NCBI RefSeq assembly: GCF_001194135.2
Contig: NC_068998.1
Location: 7,537,231-7,601,230 of the forward strand
Direction of reading: 5' to 3'
DNA: 64,000 bases
DNA from: Octopus bimaculoides
Lineage: Eukaryota
A program made the position numbers and the translations under genes. The notes beneath the pieces are model-generated. The model did no database searches. It had not been told where the DNA came from and saw only the letters and a list, made by a program, of their open reading frames with translations. Below, one piece after another: positions 28,107 through 43,020 of the stretch (position 1 is the first letter of the stretch; each line of letters starts with the position of its first letter).

Positions 28107-28684
28107 CTTTGTAACTTGAAAATAAAATTTAAGAAAGAATAAGAATTTTTGATAAAAAATACATGAAAGAAATTTAAACAAATTTGTTGAAAATTCAACT
28201 CATAAAAAAAATAAAGCAGTATCAAATTAAAAAAAAAAGACAAACAAAAACAAATAAAAAACAAGAAGGGAAGAAAAGAATGAATTTTGAATGTTAAAAT
28301 CAATGAGTGTTACTAATAAAATGAAATGCATGAGTAGATTTTAGTATTATCTTAAAGAAAGGGGAAAAATTATAAATGAGAAGAAAAAAAAATATATGAA
28401 GTAGTCTAGATGTTGGAAAATCCTTTAACGATAGAATTATGGTGGTTTTTTGAAATACCAAGAATTAGCAAGATACATTCCTTTTCATTTTATTTGGTAT
28501 GAATACTCAAGAGAACCTAAGTTGGTTGGGTAAAGAAAGAAAAAAGAAAAGAAAAGATAGGATGTTCAAAAAAAATTCAGGGAAATATTGTGGTGAGGTT
28601 TTCTGATGGAAGAGTCCATTTGCCAATTTTGTGTTGCATTCTTTTGGGACTTATCAAATAAACACTAGTCAGGTGAAGATCAAA

Positions 28685-28715
<31 letters not shown>

Positions 28716-30207
28716 ACATGTACGTCTGTGTGCGTGTGAGTGTGTGTCTGTGTGTGTGTTTGTGTGAGTGTGTTTGTATGTGTGTGTATAGCCATTTCTA
28801 AAAATGTATGATTTAATGCTTTGAGAATCACTACTACTACTACTACTACTGTTGCTGCGAGTTGTTGTTGCTGTTTTGATCAAGGTCATCTCTTACACAG
28901 AAGGCCTATAGTCAAAGAGATTTAAGCTTTAGCCATTCCACATATTTTAATCTCAGGTAATCCCTGCCCCAGGCGTTTACATTATCCAATATATTGTTTT
29001 CTTTATAAGATGATAAGGTTGTGATCTGAGGCAGATTTTATTGCTATTTGTAGCACATCAAGTAGCCATGAATGAACTCACATATAACAACCCATACAAT
29101 GTTATAATCTATGTTTTTGCTTAACTCGAGGTCCAATGCAAATTGGTAGAGTTGTTTGTGATATTAGTTCCTACTCTCTGGATTCTGAGTTCTAAACCTA
29201 CTAGTGTCAACTTTAGTTTTCTTCCTTTTGGAGTTGATAAAAAAAGGGGCATCAATTTTATAACAGTGAAGTGGCAAAGCTGTTAGAGGGGGAAGCAAGA
29301 TACACACGCACACATATGTATTGTTGCTAGTATGCAAAAGTGTCGTAAGTTCAAAACGTTGCTTTTTCGGAAAATGAAAAAAATAGTTTTACCATTCCAT
29401 AGCAAAACCATTGTACTACGCTTTGGCAATTTTTGATGCCTTGGCATCTGAAGCAGCTGGAGATACGATAGTGTGACCAATAGAACCGTCCCTTGCAAGC
29501 AAAAATGAATAGTGAAANNNNNNNNNNNNNNNNNNNNNNNNNNNNNNNNNNNNNNNNNNNNNNNNNNNNNNNNNNNNNNNNNNNNNNNNNNNNNNNNNNN
29601 NNNNNNNNNNNNNNNNNNNNNNNNNNNNNNNNNNNNNNNNNNNNNNNNNNNNNNNNNNNNNNNNNNNNNNNNNNNNNNNNNNNNNNNNNNNNNNNNNNNN
29701 NNNNNNNNNNNNNNNNNNNNNNNNNNNNNNNNNNNNNNNNNNNNNNNNNNNNNNNNNNNNNNNNNNNNNNNNNNNNNNNNNNNNNNNNNNNNNNNNNNNN
29801 NNNNNNNNNNNNNNNNNNNNNNNNNNNNNNNNNNNNNNNNNNNNNNNNNNNNNNNNNNNNNNNNNNNNNNNNNNNNNNNNNNNNNNNNNNNNNNNNNNNN
29901 NNNNNNNNNNNNNNNNNNNNNNNNNNNNNNNNNNNNNNNNNNNNNNNNNNNNNNNNNNNNNNNNNNNNNNNNNNNNNNNNNNNNNNNNNNNNNNNNNNNN
30001 NNNNNNNNNNNNNNNNNNNNNNNNNNNNNNNNNNNNNNNNNNNNNNNNNNNNNNNNNNNNNNNNNNNNNNNNNNNNNNNNNNNNNNNNNNNNNNNNNNNN
30101 NNNNNNNNNNNNNNNNNNNNNNNNNNNNNNNNNNNNNNNNNNNNNNNNNNNNNNNNNNNNNNNNNNNNNNNNNNNNNNNNNNNNNNNNNNNNNNNNNNNN
30201 NNNNNNN

Positions 30208-30241
<34 letters not shown>

Positions 30242-31021
30242 TCGATGGGTTTCCTCATAGTTTCTCTCTGCTGGATTCCACTCACAAGTCATTTATCATC
30301 TTAAGGTTATCCCAGAAGACACTTCTGCAGGGTGCTTGTTAATCAGATTGAACCCACGACGAAGTGGTTTGAAAGTGAATGTCTTAATCACATCGCCATG
30401 TCTACACCCTCAGGTATTGAATGAACGTGTACGAGGAGTTCTCAAGTATAAAGCTGTTGCATTGAAAATGCCAGCTACCCTTCCATTCTCACAACCATTT
30501 ATTGTTCATTTCACAGCACATTGTCATTATCTCTGTTTATAGAGCGATTTCCTTTATATGATTGATTTTTGAGATCAAATCCTTTAAAAAAATAATACGA
30601 ACTCTCATAGGGAAAATAGCAGAACATAACTAAGATTTAAATTAGATAAGCGAGATCACAAAAAAAACAACAACCGCAAATTAATTATAATGTTATTTAG
30701 AAATATTGAATATAAAATTTGTTANNNNNNNNNNNNNNNNNNNNNNNNNNNNNNNNNNNNNNNNNNNNNNNNNNNNNNNNNNNNNNNNNNNNNNNNNNNN
30801 NNNNNNNNNNNNNNNNNNNNNNNNNNNNNNNNNNNNNNNNNNNNNNNNNNNNNNNNNNNNNNNNNNNNNNNNNNNNNNNNNNNNNNNNNNNNNNNNNNNN
30901 NNNNNNNNNNNNNNNNNNNNNNNNNNNNNNNNNNNNNNNNNNNNNNNNNNNNNNNNNNNNNNNNNNNNNNNTTAGAGACAAAATGAAATGAATAGTCTCA
31001 TTATTATTATCATTATTATTA

Positions 31022-31091
<70 letters not shown>

Positions 31092-32334
31092 AAAAAGGTG
31101 TTTGTAGTTTATGAATAAAATAATACTGGAATCACACCATTTTATTTTGCTTCCATTTTCCTTTTTTTTTTTTAGTTTTCATTTTCTAAACTGACATTTC
31201 AGTTCCAAGAACTCCTTTAGAATTGGGCACATCATAGGTTATTATCTTAAATTCCCTTTTATAACTTTAACATAATTATTTTTTCCCCCTTTCCTTTATT
31301 ATTATTTTCGTTGTTGTTGTTGTTGTTATTTAGGATCTCTCTTTTATAATTTGTTGTTAGTATTCATCTCCCTATTATTGAAAGAATTAATTTTCAGGGT
31401 GGATTATTCAGAGAAAGACAAAGAATGTTGTGTTGAAGAATGGATTTCTGGGGAAATAATAATATTATTTTTTTTTTATATTCTGCAACGTGAACAATTT
31501 TTTCTAATTCTTTCCTGTCTGTATTCATTCAAAACTGAAACCACTGAGATATTTTTGTAGTTAATGTTGCAATTCTTATTAACTTTTCTATTTTTTCTTG
31601 GTACTTCTTTTCTTCGTTTTTATCATTATCTTCACCATTATAGTTTCTTGATATTTGTCTTGCCAATACATAATTGATATTGTTTTATACAAATCGTTCT
31701 TGTAACACAAAATCTTTCAATGGAGGTTTTGAAAATTATTATTCAGTTATATGATTTTATTAAAGGCCAAAAAAAGTAAAAATATAAAACAAATCATCAG
31801 CTCATTAATTACACAAGTAGATTTAGTGCATTTACTCATGTATAAGCCATACTCAAGAATAAGCTGCACTTTATAATTCAGTGTTATATCTTGGTAAAAA
31901 TTATTTTCCCTTCATAGTTTTAGCTTTGCCTTGTTCTTGTTGGCACTCCGTTGCTTACGACGACGAGAGTTCCAGTTGATCCGATCAACGGAACAGCCTG
32001 CTCGTGAAATTAACGTGCAAGTGGCTGAGCACTCCACAGGCACGTGTACCCTTAACCTAGTTCTCGGGGATATTCAGCGTGACACAATGTGACAAGGCTG
32101 GCCCTTTGAAATACAGGTTCAACAGAAACAGGAAGTAAGAGTGAGAGAAAGTTGTGGTGAAAGAGTACAGCAGGGTTCGCCACCATCCCCTGCCGAAGCC
32201 TCGTGGAGCTTTAGGTGTTTTGACTCAATAAACACNNNNNNNNNNNNNNNNNNNNNNNNNNNNNNNNNNNNNNNNNNNNNNNNNNNNNNNNNNNNNNNNN
32301 NNNNNNNNNNNNNNNNNNNNNNNNNNNNNNNNNN

Positions 32335-32385
<51 letters not shown>

Positions 32386-33349
32386 CAGAGAGAAATAACC
32401 TTATTTCTGTTTCTTACAATACATCTCAACGCTTCTAAAAGAGAACAAACTTTGTTTACTTTCATCATAAATATATATACATATATGACGAGTTTCTTCC
32501 AGTTTCCCTCTACCAAATCCACTCACACGGTTTTGGTCAGCCTGAGGCTATAGTAGAAGACACTTGCCTAAGGTGCCACACAGTGGGACTGATCCACGGA
32601 GCATATGTTTGGTAAGCAAGCTACTTACCACACAACCACTCCTGCACCTATTATTCACAAATGCATGCAATATATCAGTAAAGAGACTGATTCCAGTTGG
32701 AGGACATCTTAAATATCAAATCTAATCTTTGCTTCATTTTAAATAGCAGCCAAACCTTCTTCAATAGCACCTAACTATCTAAAAAAATGGCAAGGTTACA
32801 TTAGAGAATGCAACCAAATGTATCATTAAAAAAGATAGGAGGATCTTAGCTGGAATACTTTTTACATATGTCTGTTCAATCAGGACTGACTTGAATATAC
32901 GCAAAAGCAGCAAAATATAAGATAATATTACAGTTTCAGTCTGAGATTTGTCCAATGTACTAGAACTATTCTAAGAAGAAGCAAATTAATTTCAATCCAA
33001 AATAAATGAGATTTAGTGACAGGAATGCAATTAATGAATTTAAACAGAACCATCTATAGAAGTACTTACAAGCAGATCAGACTAATAAGATACGAAATTG
33101 AGAAATAAGGGAGAAAATTAGAAAAGATTAAGACAAAAGCAACAAACTAATGTTAAGAGCACAATGGAAGTCAGAAATAAGATTATGGATATAATTACAA
33201 TCACCATTCGAGTCATAAACTACAGCTTAAATATATGAAATTGTAAGTGTTTAGTGAAATGATTGAACTTGATAGGAAATTAGAAGTATTACGTCTTGTT
33301 ATTTTGAACTAAAGGTAATGAGAATAAATATATTTACTGTGTACAACAG

Positions 33350-33471
33350 GAAATGAAGTGATACAAATAGAAATCTATTACATTGTAACCACAGTGGATT
33401 TAGAAAACAATGGTGTGAAGCAAGTAACAGTAGATGTAGCTGATTACTATAATAAGGGGAATCTTGTTGAA
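33350..33471 (+). CDS. Candidate internal exon, product unknown
   Basis: CAACAG|..GAA|GTAAAT with a single open frame NEVIQIEIYYIVTTVDLENNGVKQVTVDVADYYNKGNLVE. Confidence 0.3.
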
Positions 33472-34504
33472 GTAAATTAAGATTTTTTTAAAATTTCAAC
33501 TGCAAGCGTGGCAATATGTTTAAGAAGTTTTTGTTGCAGCAATGTGATTCCAGGTCCAGTCCCACAGCATGGCATATAGTGCAAGTATCTACAACATTCA
33601 GCCTTGGACTGAATAATGCTATGTGGAATTTGGAGTGCTGGAGTGGAATTTGGTAAATAAATACTCAGCAGGATTCTCATCATATATCCTCCTCCTCCTC
33701 CTCCTCCTCCTCCTCCTCCTCCTCCTCGTCGTCGTCGTCGTTGTCATCATCACCACCATCACCACCACCACCATGTAAATAATATAAATGGTGTTCATAA
33801 TTCCTCATCTTATAAATACAGAACTGAAGAAACTAAAGAGTTTAAAAAAAATAAAGTCAATACAAGGGAAACCCAAAAACATAATTCTAAAAATACTAAC
33901 GAAAAAATGTTAGCAATAACCTTTAGTTTGTACATAGACAGTATCTCAAAATATTTGACAGTAGCAAACTGAACTAAACCGCAATGATAGCCAACAAGGG
34001 GTAAAGAGATGTTGACCTCATGGTGGAAATAGAAATCTGATTTCAGCTGTACACAACCCAGTTTATTGAATCAATTACAAATAAATAATAAATAATGAAT
34101 GAAATAGAAATAAATAAAATAAAGTGCAGTGTGATTTTTTCCCTTTAAGAATAACTGTTTTTGTGCCTGATTTAAGCTTTCAATTTAGAATAAAGTGTCC
34201 TGTCAGCTTTATACACCGACACAAATAAAACCACACATGTACAAACAAGTGCAGGCAGTACTCACATAAACACAAGCACACAGATATGAACATACAAAAG
34301 CACGCAGATAAATCCATAAATAATTAGCAAAACAAGAATGCATATATGTGGTCATTTGACCTGCTAGAAATATCGACCAAATTTCTTTTAAATCATACCA
34401 GCAACTTAAAAACGATGATATTGAAGACTACACTGAAACTGTATTAGATATAACAAAGAAATCATCATCATCATCATCATCGTCATCATCATCATCATAA
34501 TCGT

Positions 34505-34820
34505 CATCATCATAGTTTAACGTCTGCTTTCCATGCTGGCATGGGTTGGACGGTTTGACTGAGAACTGGGAAATCAGAAGGCTGCACCAGGCTCCAATCT
34601 GATCTGGCAAGGTTTCTACAGCCGGATGCCCTTCGTAACGCCAACTACTCCAAGAGTGTAGTGGGTGCTTTTTATGTACCACCAGCATGGGGGCCAGTCA
34701 GGTGGCAATCGACCATGCTCGAATAATGCTTTTTACGTGCCACCGGCACGACGAGAACCAGTCAGGCTGCACTGGCATCGACCACACTCGAATGGTGCTT
34801 TTTTATGCGCCACTGGCACA
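34505..34820 (-). mobile_element. Family C element
   Basis: Reverse complement of the 43300-43598 sequence, followed on the minus strand by a (GAT)n tract. Confidence 0.8.
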
Positions 34821-36155
34821 TGAGAATAGAACAAAGAAATAGAAAGACAGGATGGTCATTGCTGGAAAGGTTTTGATAATTGGTTTGTCCAGTCAGCACT
34901 GGGGGTTGATGTAATCGACTAGTTTCCTCCTGTTAATTTTCAGTCCATGTGTCTATGGCAGACACATTAATGACTCTACTAAAGGGGTACCCTCACCATA
35001 TCCATGTGCCATCCAAATTTAGGTTAGTGGTCTGTGTATTTGACATGTAATGTCATGGGTTCAATTCCTGGAGCTTGTAGTGCTGCATGCTTCAACAAAG
35101 CACTTCACTTCACATTGCTCCAGTCTAATCAAATGTGAATGAGTATTAGTCACATACCAATACAGCTCTCTCTCCCTCCATCTCTCTCTCCCTCCATCTC
35201 TCGCTCCCTCCATCTCTCTCTCGCTCCCTCCATCTCTCTCTCCCTCCNNNNNNNNNNCATCTCTCTCTCCCTCCATCTCTCGCTCCCTCCATCTCTCTCT
35301 CGCTCCCTCCATCTCTCTCTCCCTCCATCTCTCTCTCTCCCCCCGTCTCTCTCTCTCACTCTTTTTCTTTCTCTTTCTCTTCTGGATGTGCCACTGGGTC
35401 AAGGGTAATGGAGCCAAAAAGTTGTCTATGTCTGCTCACAACTACATAGGCATCTAAACCAGTTAGCAAAGATACGGTATGTGCTACCAAGTCATATTTG
35501 CTCGCAGGTGACGGCCAGCTGTATTATATGCTACCATTCAAAATATGTAAAGAAAACAGACGAAGAAAAATATTTGAAAAGATATAGAGAGAAACAGTGA
35601 GAAAGAAAGAAATAGAGGGAAGAAGGAGATGGAGAAAAGAGAGAAAAAAATATCCAATGTAAAGAATAAAAGAGTTTTTCAAAGTTTTTGTTAACTTATG
35701 TAACTTGTGATATGAGGTTTAATTAAATTGCTACGCTGGGAGTCAAAATAATATAGGAATTTTTGTACTTCTTTAATATCAGAACATTTACAAATGGCCG
35801 ACAAACTAATGGTGGTATATCCAATGCTGCCAAGTGCTAATGACGGGAAAGTGAAATATATATGAATGTATATGCATGTGTATATATGTATGTGGATATG
35901 TGTGCGCGTGTGACTGTGTATGAATGTATGTTTGTGCNNNNNNNNNNATATATATATATATATATATATATATAGATATATATATATATATATACATAGA
36001 TAAGTAGATATATGCTTTATATATTTATATGTATAAAAAATATATGCATTTATACACACGCATATATGCATATATATATCTATATATGAATATATATATA
36101 TATATATATGAATATATATATATATATATATATACACACATGTGTATACACACAC

Positions 36156-36202
<47 letters not shown>

Positions 36203-36545
36203 TATATATATATATATATATATATGTTTCTGTGTGTGGGAAAGCATTTGTATTTATGATGTACACTTACTTTTCTATGCTGGCGTGGGTTGGACAAGGT
36301 TTACATAAATACATGAGTATATCTCCATATGCATATATACGCAATTATATGCATGCGCGTGTGTGTGTGTGTAAGTATATATATGCATATTTACCAAGTA
36401 TAGAGATATGCAGCAACATATCTACCTATTCATAAATGTGTATATGTTCACGTTTGTATATATGTATACATACATACATACTTACATACATACATTCATT
36501 CTTACATATATGTGCACAGACACACATGCAAATGTGCATATATAA

Positions 36546-36580
<35 letters not shown>

Positions 36581-37335
36581 NNNNNNNNNNNNNNNNNNNN
36601 NNNNNNNNNNNNNNNNNNNNNNNNNNNNNNNNNNNNNNNNNNNNNNNNNNNNNNNNNNNNNNNNNNNNNNNNNNNNNNNNNNNNNNNNNNNNNNNNNNNN
36701 NNNNNNNNNNNNNNNNNNNNNNNNNNNNNNNNNNNNNNNNNNNNNNNNNNNNNNNNNNNNNNNNNNNNNNNNNNNNNNNNNNNNNNNNNNNNNNNNNNNN
36801 NNNNNNNNNNNNNNNNNNNNNNNNNNNNNNNNNNNNNNNNNNNNNNNNNNNNNNNNNNNNNNNNNNNNNNNNNNNNNNNNNNNNNNNNNNNNNNNNNNNN
36901 NNNNNNNNNNNNNNNNNNNNNNNNNNNNNNNNNNNNNNNNNNNNNNNNNNNNNNNNNNNNNNNNNNNNNNNNNNNNNNNNNNNNNNNNNNNNNNNNNNNN
37001 NNNNNNNNNNNNNNNNNNNNNNNNNNNNNNNNNNNNNNNNNNNNNNNNNNNNNNNNNNNNNNNNNNNNNNNNNNNNNNNNNNNNCTCTTCTGTGAAAAAA
37101 AACAACCAAGCACTTTCCAATTTATTTCCTTCCTTTCTAGTTCTCCCCCTCCCTCCACCAACACCACCTATACCACCATTACATGGTTGTGTGAATATGG
37201 TTGTAGTCGAATATGGTTTTCTGCTGACGTGAAGAATGACCTGGGAGAGTAGGCCTTTTTTGATTAAGAAGTACATTGGTTTAATTTATATATACTTCAT
37301 ACATACGCAAATGTCTGTTACTTGAAAGCTCACTC

Positions 37336-37391
<56 letters not shown>

Positions 37392-37659
37392 CCTACCTAC
37401 CTACCTACCTACCTACCTACCTATCTATCTATCTATCTATCTATCTATCAATCTATCTACTTATCTATCTATTTATCTATCTATCTATCTAATATGACTC
37501 TCTCTCTCGCTCTCTCTCTCTCTCTATATATATATATTTAGAGAGAGAGAGAGATAGTGAAGATGTTATATTTGTATACACATATATATGTTCTATAAAG
37601 CATTCAATACTGTGACTGTTTTCTCTAAGCTACTATATGTATCAATATATGTACATATA

Positions 37660-37783
37660 TATTGGGTCATCCCATAAATAATGTGGTTATTTCAACTGAA
37701 TGAATAAAAGTCAAAGGGGGACAGGATAAGCTACCTGCATAGTAATTTTACCTTTCACTTATTCTTAGTGCAAATTTTGAAGA

Positions 37784-37790
<7 letters not shown>
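37660..37790 (+). mobile_element. Mariner-type left end (TIR) matching the 39567 end
   Basis: TATTGGGTCATCCCATAAATAATGTGGTT resembles the reverse complement of 39538-39567 (TATACTGTGTCATCCCATGAATGATGTGGTT). Confidence 0.6.
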
Positions 37791-37823
<33 letters not shown>

Positions 37824-38462
37824 GTTTTGGTATTTTTGCATGTTTATAAATATGTATGTTTGCCTGCAGGCACACTCATGTAGGAGGATGTGCATGCACG
37901 AACGCACACACACACACACTCACATACATGGAGACACACTCACACATACATACAAATACACATACAAACATAAACACACAAACACACACACACACACTGA
38001 CACATACACCCACTCCTGGTTTTAGACATCTTGAGAAAGTATAGAATTTTTGCAATCAAGATAATTAAAGCCGCACAATCAAGTTAGCTTTATGTTTCTT
38101 AAAATTATTTCGACTTGAGAATTAATGAGCAACAGACTTCGATATTTTCTTCTCAAAATATCTCGTGGATGTAGCTGTGTGTTTATTATTTATGGTAGTT
38201 TACATTTGTAACCACCATCCAAGGAAAAAAAGGAAGAAAAAGAAAGCAAGAATACAAAAGGACCCAGAATTTATTTATGTATTTATTTATTTATCCATTT
38301 ATTTATTAATTTATTTATCTATTTATTCATTCATTTATTTATTTATTGGTTTGATGCAGTAAATTATAAACAGTGTTGCCGTTGGTTATAGGTTTCCAAT
38401 CAGGAAGAAACTGTCACACTTCATTCCTAACAATATTACTGAAGAGTCTCCCTTCCTTCTTT

Positions 38463-38510
<48 letters not shown>

Positions 38511-38836
38511 TTTTCTTTTTCTTCTTTCTTTCTTTTCTTTCTTTCTTTCTTTTTTCTTTCTTTCCATTCTCTGTATGTATGTATTATGTTCACGTATATA
38601 GATGTATCTATTGATGTGTGTATACACACAAACACACACACATATACATCATCATCATCATCATCGTCGTCGTCATCATTTAACATATGCTTTCCATGCT
38701 GGCATGGGTTGAATGATTTCACAAGAGCTGAAGGGCTGTTCAGCCTCTATGTCAGATTTGGCATAGTTTCTGCGACTGGATGCCCTTCCTAATGCCAACC
38801 ACTTTACCGAGTGTACTGGGTGCTTTTATGAATTTA

Positions 38837-38868
<32 letters not shown>

Positions 38869-39194
38869 AAACGAAGAAATAAGTGATATAGGTATCCACT
38901 TTATACAGCTCAACCGATTAACACTCCAATAGAGCTTCAGGAATATAAAATTAAGGAGAGGAGAAAAAAAATTCAAAGGCCGATGTATATATTCATTCTA
39001 TTAACTCTGATGAGGGAAATATAGAATATTGCTACGGTTGGAGTTAGCTTGCCCATATCTCATGTTTGGTGGGATATGAAAGGTTTAGTTCACTTTGAAC
39101 TTTGAAACCCAAACCAAATGATAACAAAGGAGATTTTCAGTGAGTAGCTTGATTGAACTTAAGTCAGTGCAAGAAGAAAAACAACCATCTTTGG

Positions 39195-39567
39195 TTTGAA
39201 GACGAAAGGTGTTCTTCTATCAGGATAATGCTCAGCCACATACAGTGAGGATGATATTCTAAAGGCTGGAGCAGTTTGAATGGGAAACGATGCTCCATCG
39301 GATTATCATTTATTCTGTAGTCTTTAAAATCATTTGGATGGCAAATATATGAATTCTGTGGATGAGGTCAGAACAGTTCTAGAGGCATAGGTTTTGTCAC
39401 GGACAAGTGAATTTTGGAAGAGGGCCTTGCAAGTCTACCCGATAGATGGAAGAGCATTGTAGAAAATGAAGGACAGTATATTTTGAATTAAAGAAGTACT
39501 TTGTTTATCTAAATTTTGAAAAACAAAGTTTAAAGAAACCACATCATTCATGGGATGACACAGTATA
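39195..39567 (+). mobile_element. Decayed mariner transposase C-terminus and right TIR
   Basis: Fragments KVFFYQDNAQPH, SDYHLFCSL*NHLDGK and GLASLPDRWKSIVENEGQY match the second and third catalytic-Asp regions and C-terminus of DD34D mariners, with stops and frameshifts. It ends in CATCATTCATGGGATGACACAGTATA. Confidence 0.88.
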
Positions 39568-40799
39568 TATATGTATATTTGTATATATAAACACACAGTC
39601 ATATTGGTATAGATAATCAATTTCTGAACAGTTTCTGATGATGTTTGGCAATTAAATTGATTGAAACAGAGTAACTAGATATAAATATAAAGAAAAAATA
39701 GAAAACTAGCAAATCAACAAACAACAATTATTCATTTCCAGAGATGAAGATGATATTCCAAAAAATTTCTTATCTCATTAAAAACTAATTTCATTGACAT
39801 TTAATTATTTGATAAAGAAATAAATGCAGAAATTGTCTGAAAGAATTTATGAGTAGTTAGTAACTTGGATCTCTTGTCTCTCATTGTTCTTGTCTTTATT
39901 GTTGCTACTGTTGTTGTTGTTGTTTAATCCAGGGTTGTCATGAACGATCAAATCCATAATTAAGAAGTATTCCAGTAATTATCATTTTATTTTGTTGGAG
40001 TATCAAAAATAACATGATTCGGTGTATCATTCTTTCTTTAAGACTGTAGGATTTCATGTGAACAGATTTATCACTGCCATTTCAAACAGGACAAGCATGA
40101 ATGTAAAGACTTCTTTGTTGACTTGTTGCTGTCGTCCCAGCTCAACCATTGTTTAACCATTTAGCCTTCAGATTACTATATTAATTGTAATGCTATAACA
40201 GCAGTACCTGATGACCCGCTGAGTTCAGAATTTATTGAAAAATAGTCATTCCTTGAATGAAATCAAACTTAAGAATGTACTGCCCATCCTTAACATCTGC
40301 TGAATGAATAGCAAATTAAATTCAGCACAATCACACACACACCTCCATCCTCATATAACTACCAATCCTTCCTCTATTACCACCACCTTTCCCACCTCCC
40401 CACCAAATACACACAGAAATACCCACTTAACTCACATGATCTTCATACTGGTAAAACAGGACAAATATCCCTTTGTATGTATCATCATCATTGAACATCT
40501 GTTTTCCAAGCTGGCATGAATCCGATGATCTAACAGGAACTGGGAAGACGAAGGGGCGTGCCAAGCTCCACTGTCTGCTTTAGTATGGTTCCTCTGGCTG
40601 GATGCCCTTCCTAGTGCCAACCATTTTACAGTGTACCAGCCCATACATATGTGTAAGCATGAGTGTGTGTCTGCATGTGTGTGTATCTGCATGTGTGTGT
40701 GTGCCTGTGTGTGTTCTTTTGTTTGTGTCCTTCCCTAAAGTACTTGAGAACCGCTATTGGTCCCTTTTATATCCCTGTAATTTAGTAGTTCAGCAAAAG

Positions 40800-40831
<32 letters not shown>

Positions 40832-42149
40832 GATGGGCTTCTTTCAGTTTCCCTCTACCAAATCCACTCAAAAGGTTTTGGTCGGCAGAATGCACTTGTC
40901 CAAGGTGCCACACAGTGGGACTGAACCTGGTACCATGTGCTTGGGAAGCAAACTTCTTCCGAGACAGCAACACCTGCTAGTATGTACATTGATGTTATTT
41001 ACTATTACATGAGTCCTCAGTCATGATTGAACTGACTAATGGTTAAGGACACTCCAACCATGATCATCTACTTTTATTTTGTGTATCACGGAATAAACCT
41101 TCTTCGTGCTTCTCTCTTCTTTTGGGACAGTAGGATGTTCTTCAAAAGGATATGGATGTTTGGCTGCAAACCAGATATTTCAAACTGGTTGAATGACCAT
41201 GTAAAGGCACCCTCATTGATCTCGTGTCTATATTTTATCTGATCGATATGTGTTAATGATGTGTTTTTATAGGATCGCACATGAATGTGCAGTAAAAATA
41301 CTGCAGGTTGGGATTCGTTCAACAGAAAAACGAGATGAGATAAACAGATGTGAAACTGACGATAATGATTACTATGGAACGAGGAAGATATCCAAGGTGA
41401 GGAAACGGTTGCGGAGGCAGGAGGAGTAGGAGCTAAAAGAAAGGGGAATATGATAAGGCCTTCAGAAGTAACAACAACAGCAACGACAACAACAACAGCA
41501 AAGCTTTATTATATATTCTCTTCGCTCCCCAAATATGCTTAAGATGTGACAAAGAAGACCGGACAAGTCTTTCATTACCATATCATATTGTAAAAGCTTA
41601 TACTTTGGAAATAACGGCATTTTAAGACAGAAAATATTTTATATTATTCGTTCATCCAGCTACATTTTGTTAAGGGAGCTGGAAACACCTCCCTTCTTCT
41701 AAAACAATCAATAATAGACTGGAATAACAGAATTCATCCTTTTATTTAACCCCTTTTGTATTAATATTGTGCTGTTATTTGTGGTGTCGGTGATGGTGGT
41801 GGTGGCAGTGCTGTTTATAAAAGTTCCGCAAATTGGTAATTTGATGGGAAATCATCCTTTGGATGAGGGATACAACTAATGTTAATGTATTGGATCTGAT
41901 ATTGAAAGGGAGTCCAGCCCATAAAAAAAATTTTTAAAAAACCATTCGTTCTTTGCATCAAAAGGATCTAGGAATAACAACTCGTGAAAAACCCCCACCA
42001 AAAAATCTAGGAAAAAAAAACCTCTAACACAACTATGGTAAAACAGATACGTATACAAAAGAGAGATATTGTTCCCTATCTAATACATAAAACTCAGTAA
42101 TCTGATGCTTAAGGTTTACCGGAGTAATTTACCTTACGAACGCATATAT

Positions 42150-42182
<33 letters not shown>

Positions 42183-42404
42183 ATGCCCACACATATGTAT
42201 AGATATGCCTTTACTCATGCGCACACATATATGGTTTTACACACACACACACAAGTGCATATCAATGTACATACATAAATGTACAGACACACGACTCAGT
42301 CTATATGTGCACACAAATTTATATGTATGTGTATATACATGTATGTGTGTGTCTGTACATATGTAGCTATATATTTTGAGTATGTATATATTTATATATA
42401 AGTT

Positions 42405-42468
<64 letters not shown>

Positions 42469-42793
42469 TATATACACACACATATATGCATATATACACA
42501 CATATATACATATATACATATACGTACATATATATATATGTGTGTGTGTGCATGTATGTGTGTGTGTGTACTAGTATCTATCTTTGAGTGTCTGTCTATT
42601 GGTCTATATATATATATATTGTGTCTGGGGAGAGTCATTCTCTTTTAGTGCCTTATCATTTAACACACTCACCGGTAAAGTTTCCACTCTATTTATTTTT
42701 TCATGAAATTTTTGTTGCATTTTTAAAATTAATAATAATATCTAAACACACACACACACACACCCACACACACATGCACACACACACTCTAAT

Positions 42794-43020
42794 GGCGGTG
42801 AGCTGGCAGAACCGTTAGCACACCGGGCGAAATGCTTAGCGGTATTTCGTCTTCCCGCTACGTTCTGAGTTCAAATTCCGCCGAGGTCGACTTTGCCTTT
42901 CATCCTTTCCGGGTCGATTAAGTAAGTACCAGTTACGCACTGGGGTCGATATAATCGATTTAATCCGTTTGTCTGTCCTTGTTTGTCCCCTCTGTGTGTA
43001 GCCCCTTGTGGGTAGTAAAG

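Noticed and set aside
27012-30986. Long ORFs (255-404 aa) in the track
   Set aside because: They consist almost entirely of X from assembly gaps plus (CA)n translations. The same applies at 9.7, 12.4, 23.8, 36.4, 60.0 and 61.8 kb.
33818-33908. Exon-like TEETKEFKKNKVNTRETQKHNSKNTNEK
   Set aside because: Its acceptor comes from a tail fragment of the hammerhead element family (33775-33817) and the open frame reflects A-richness.
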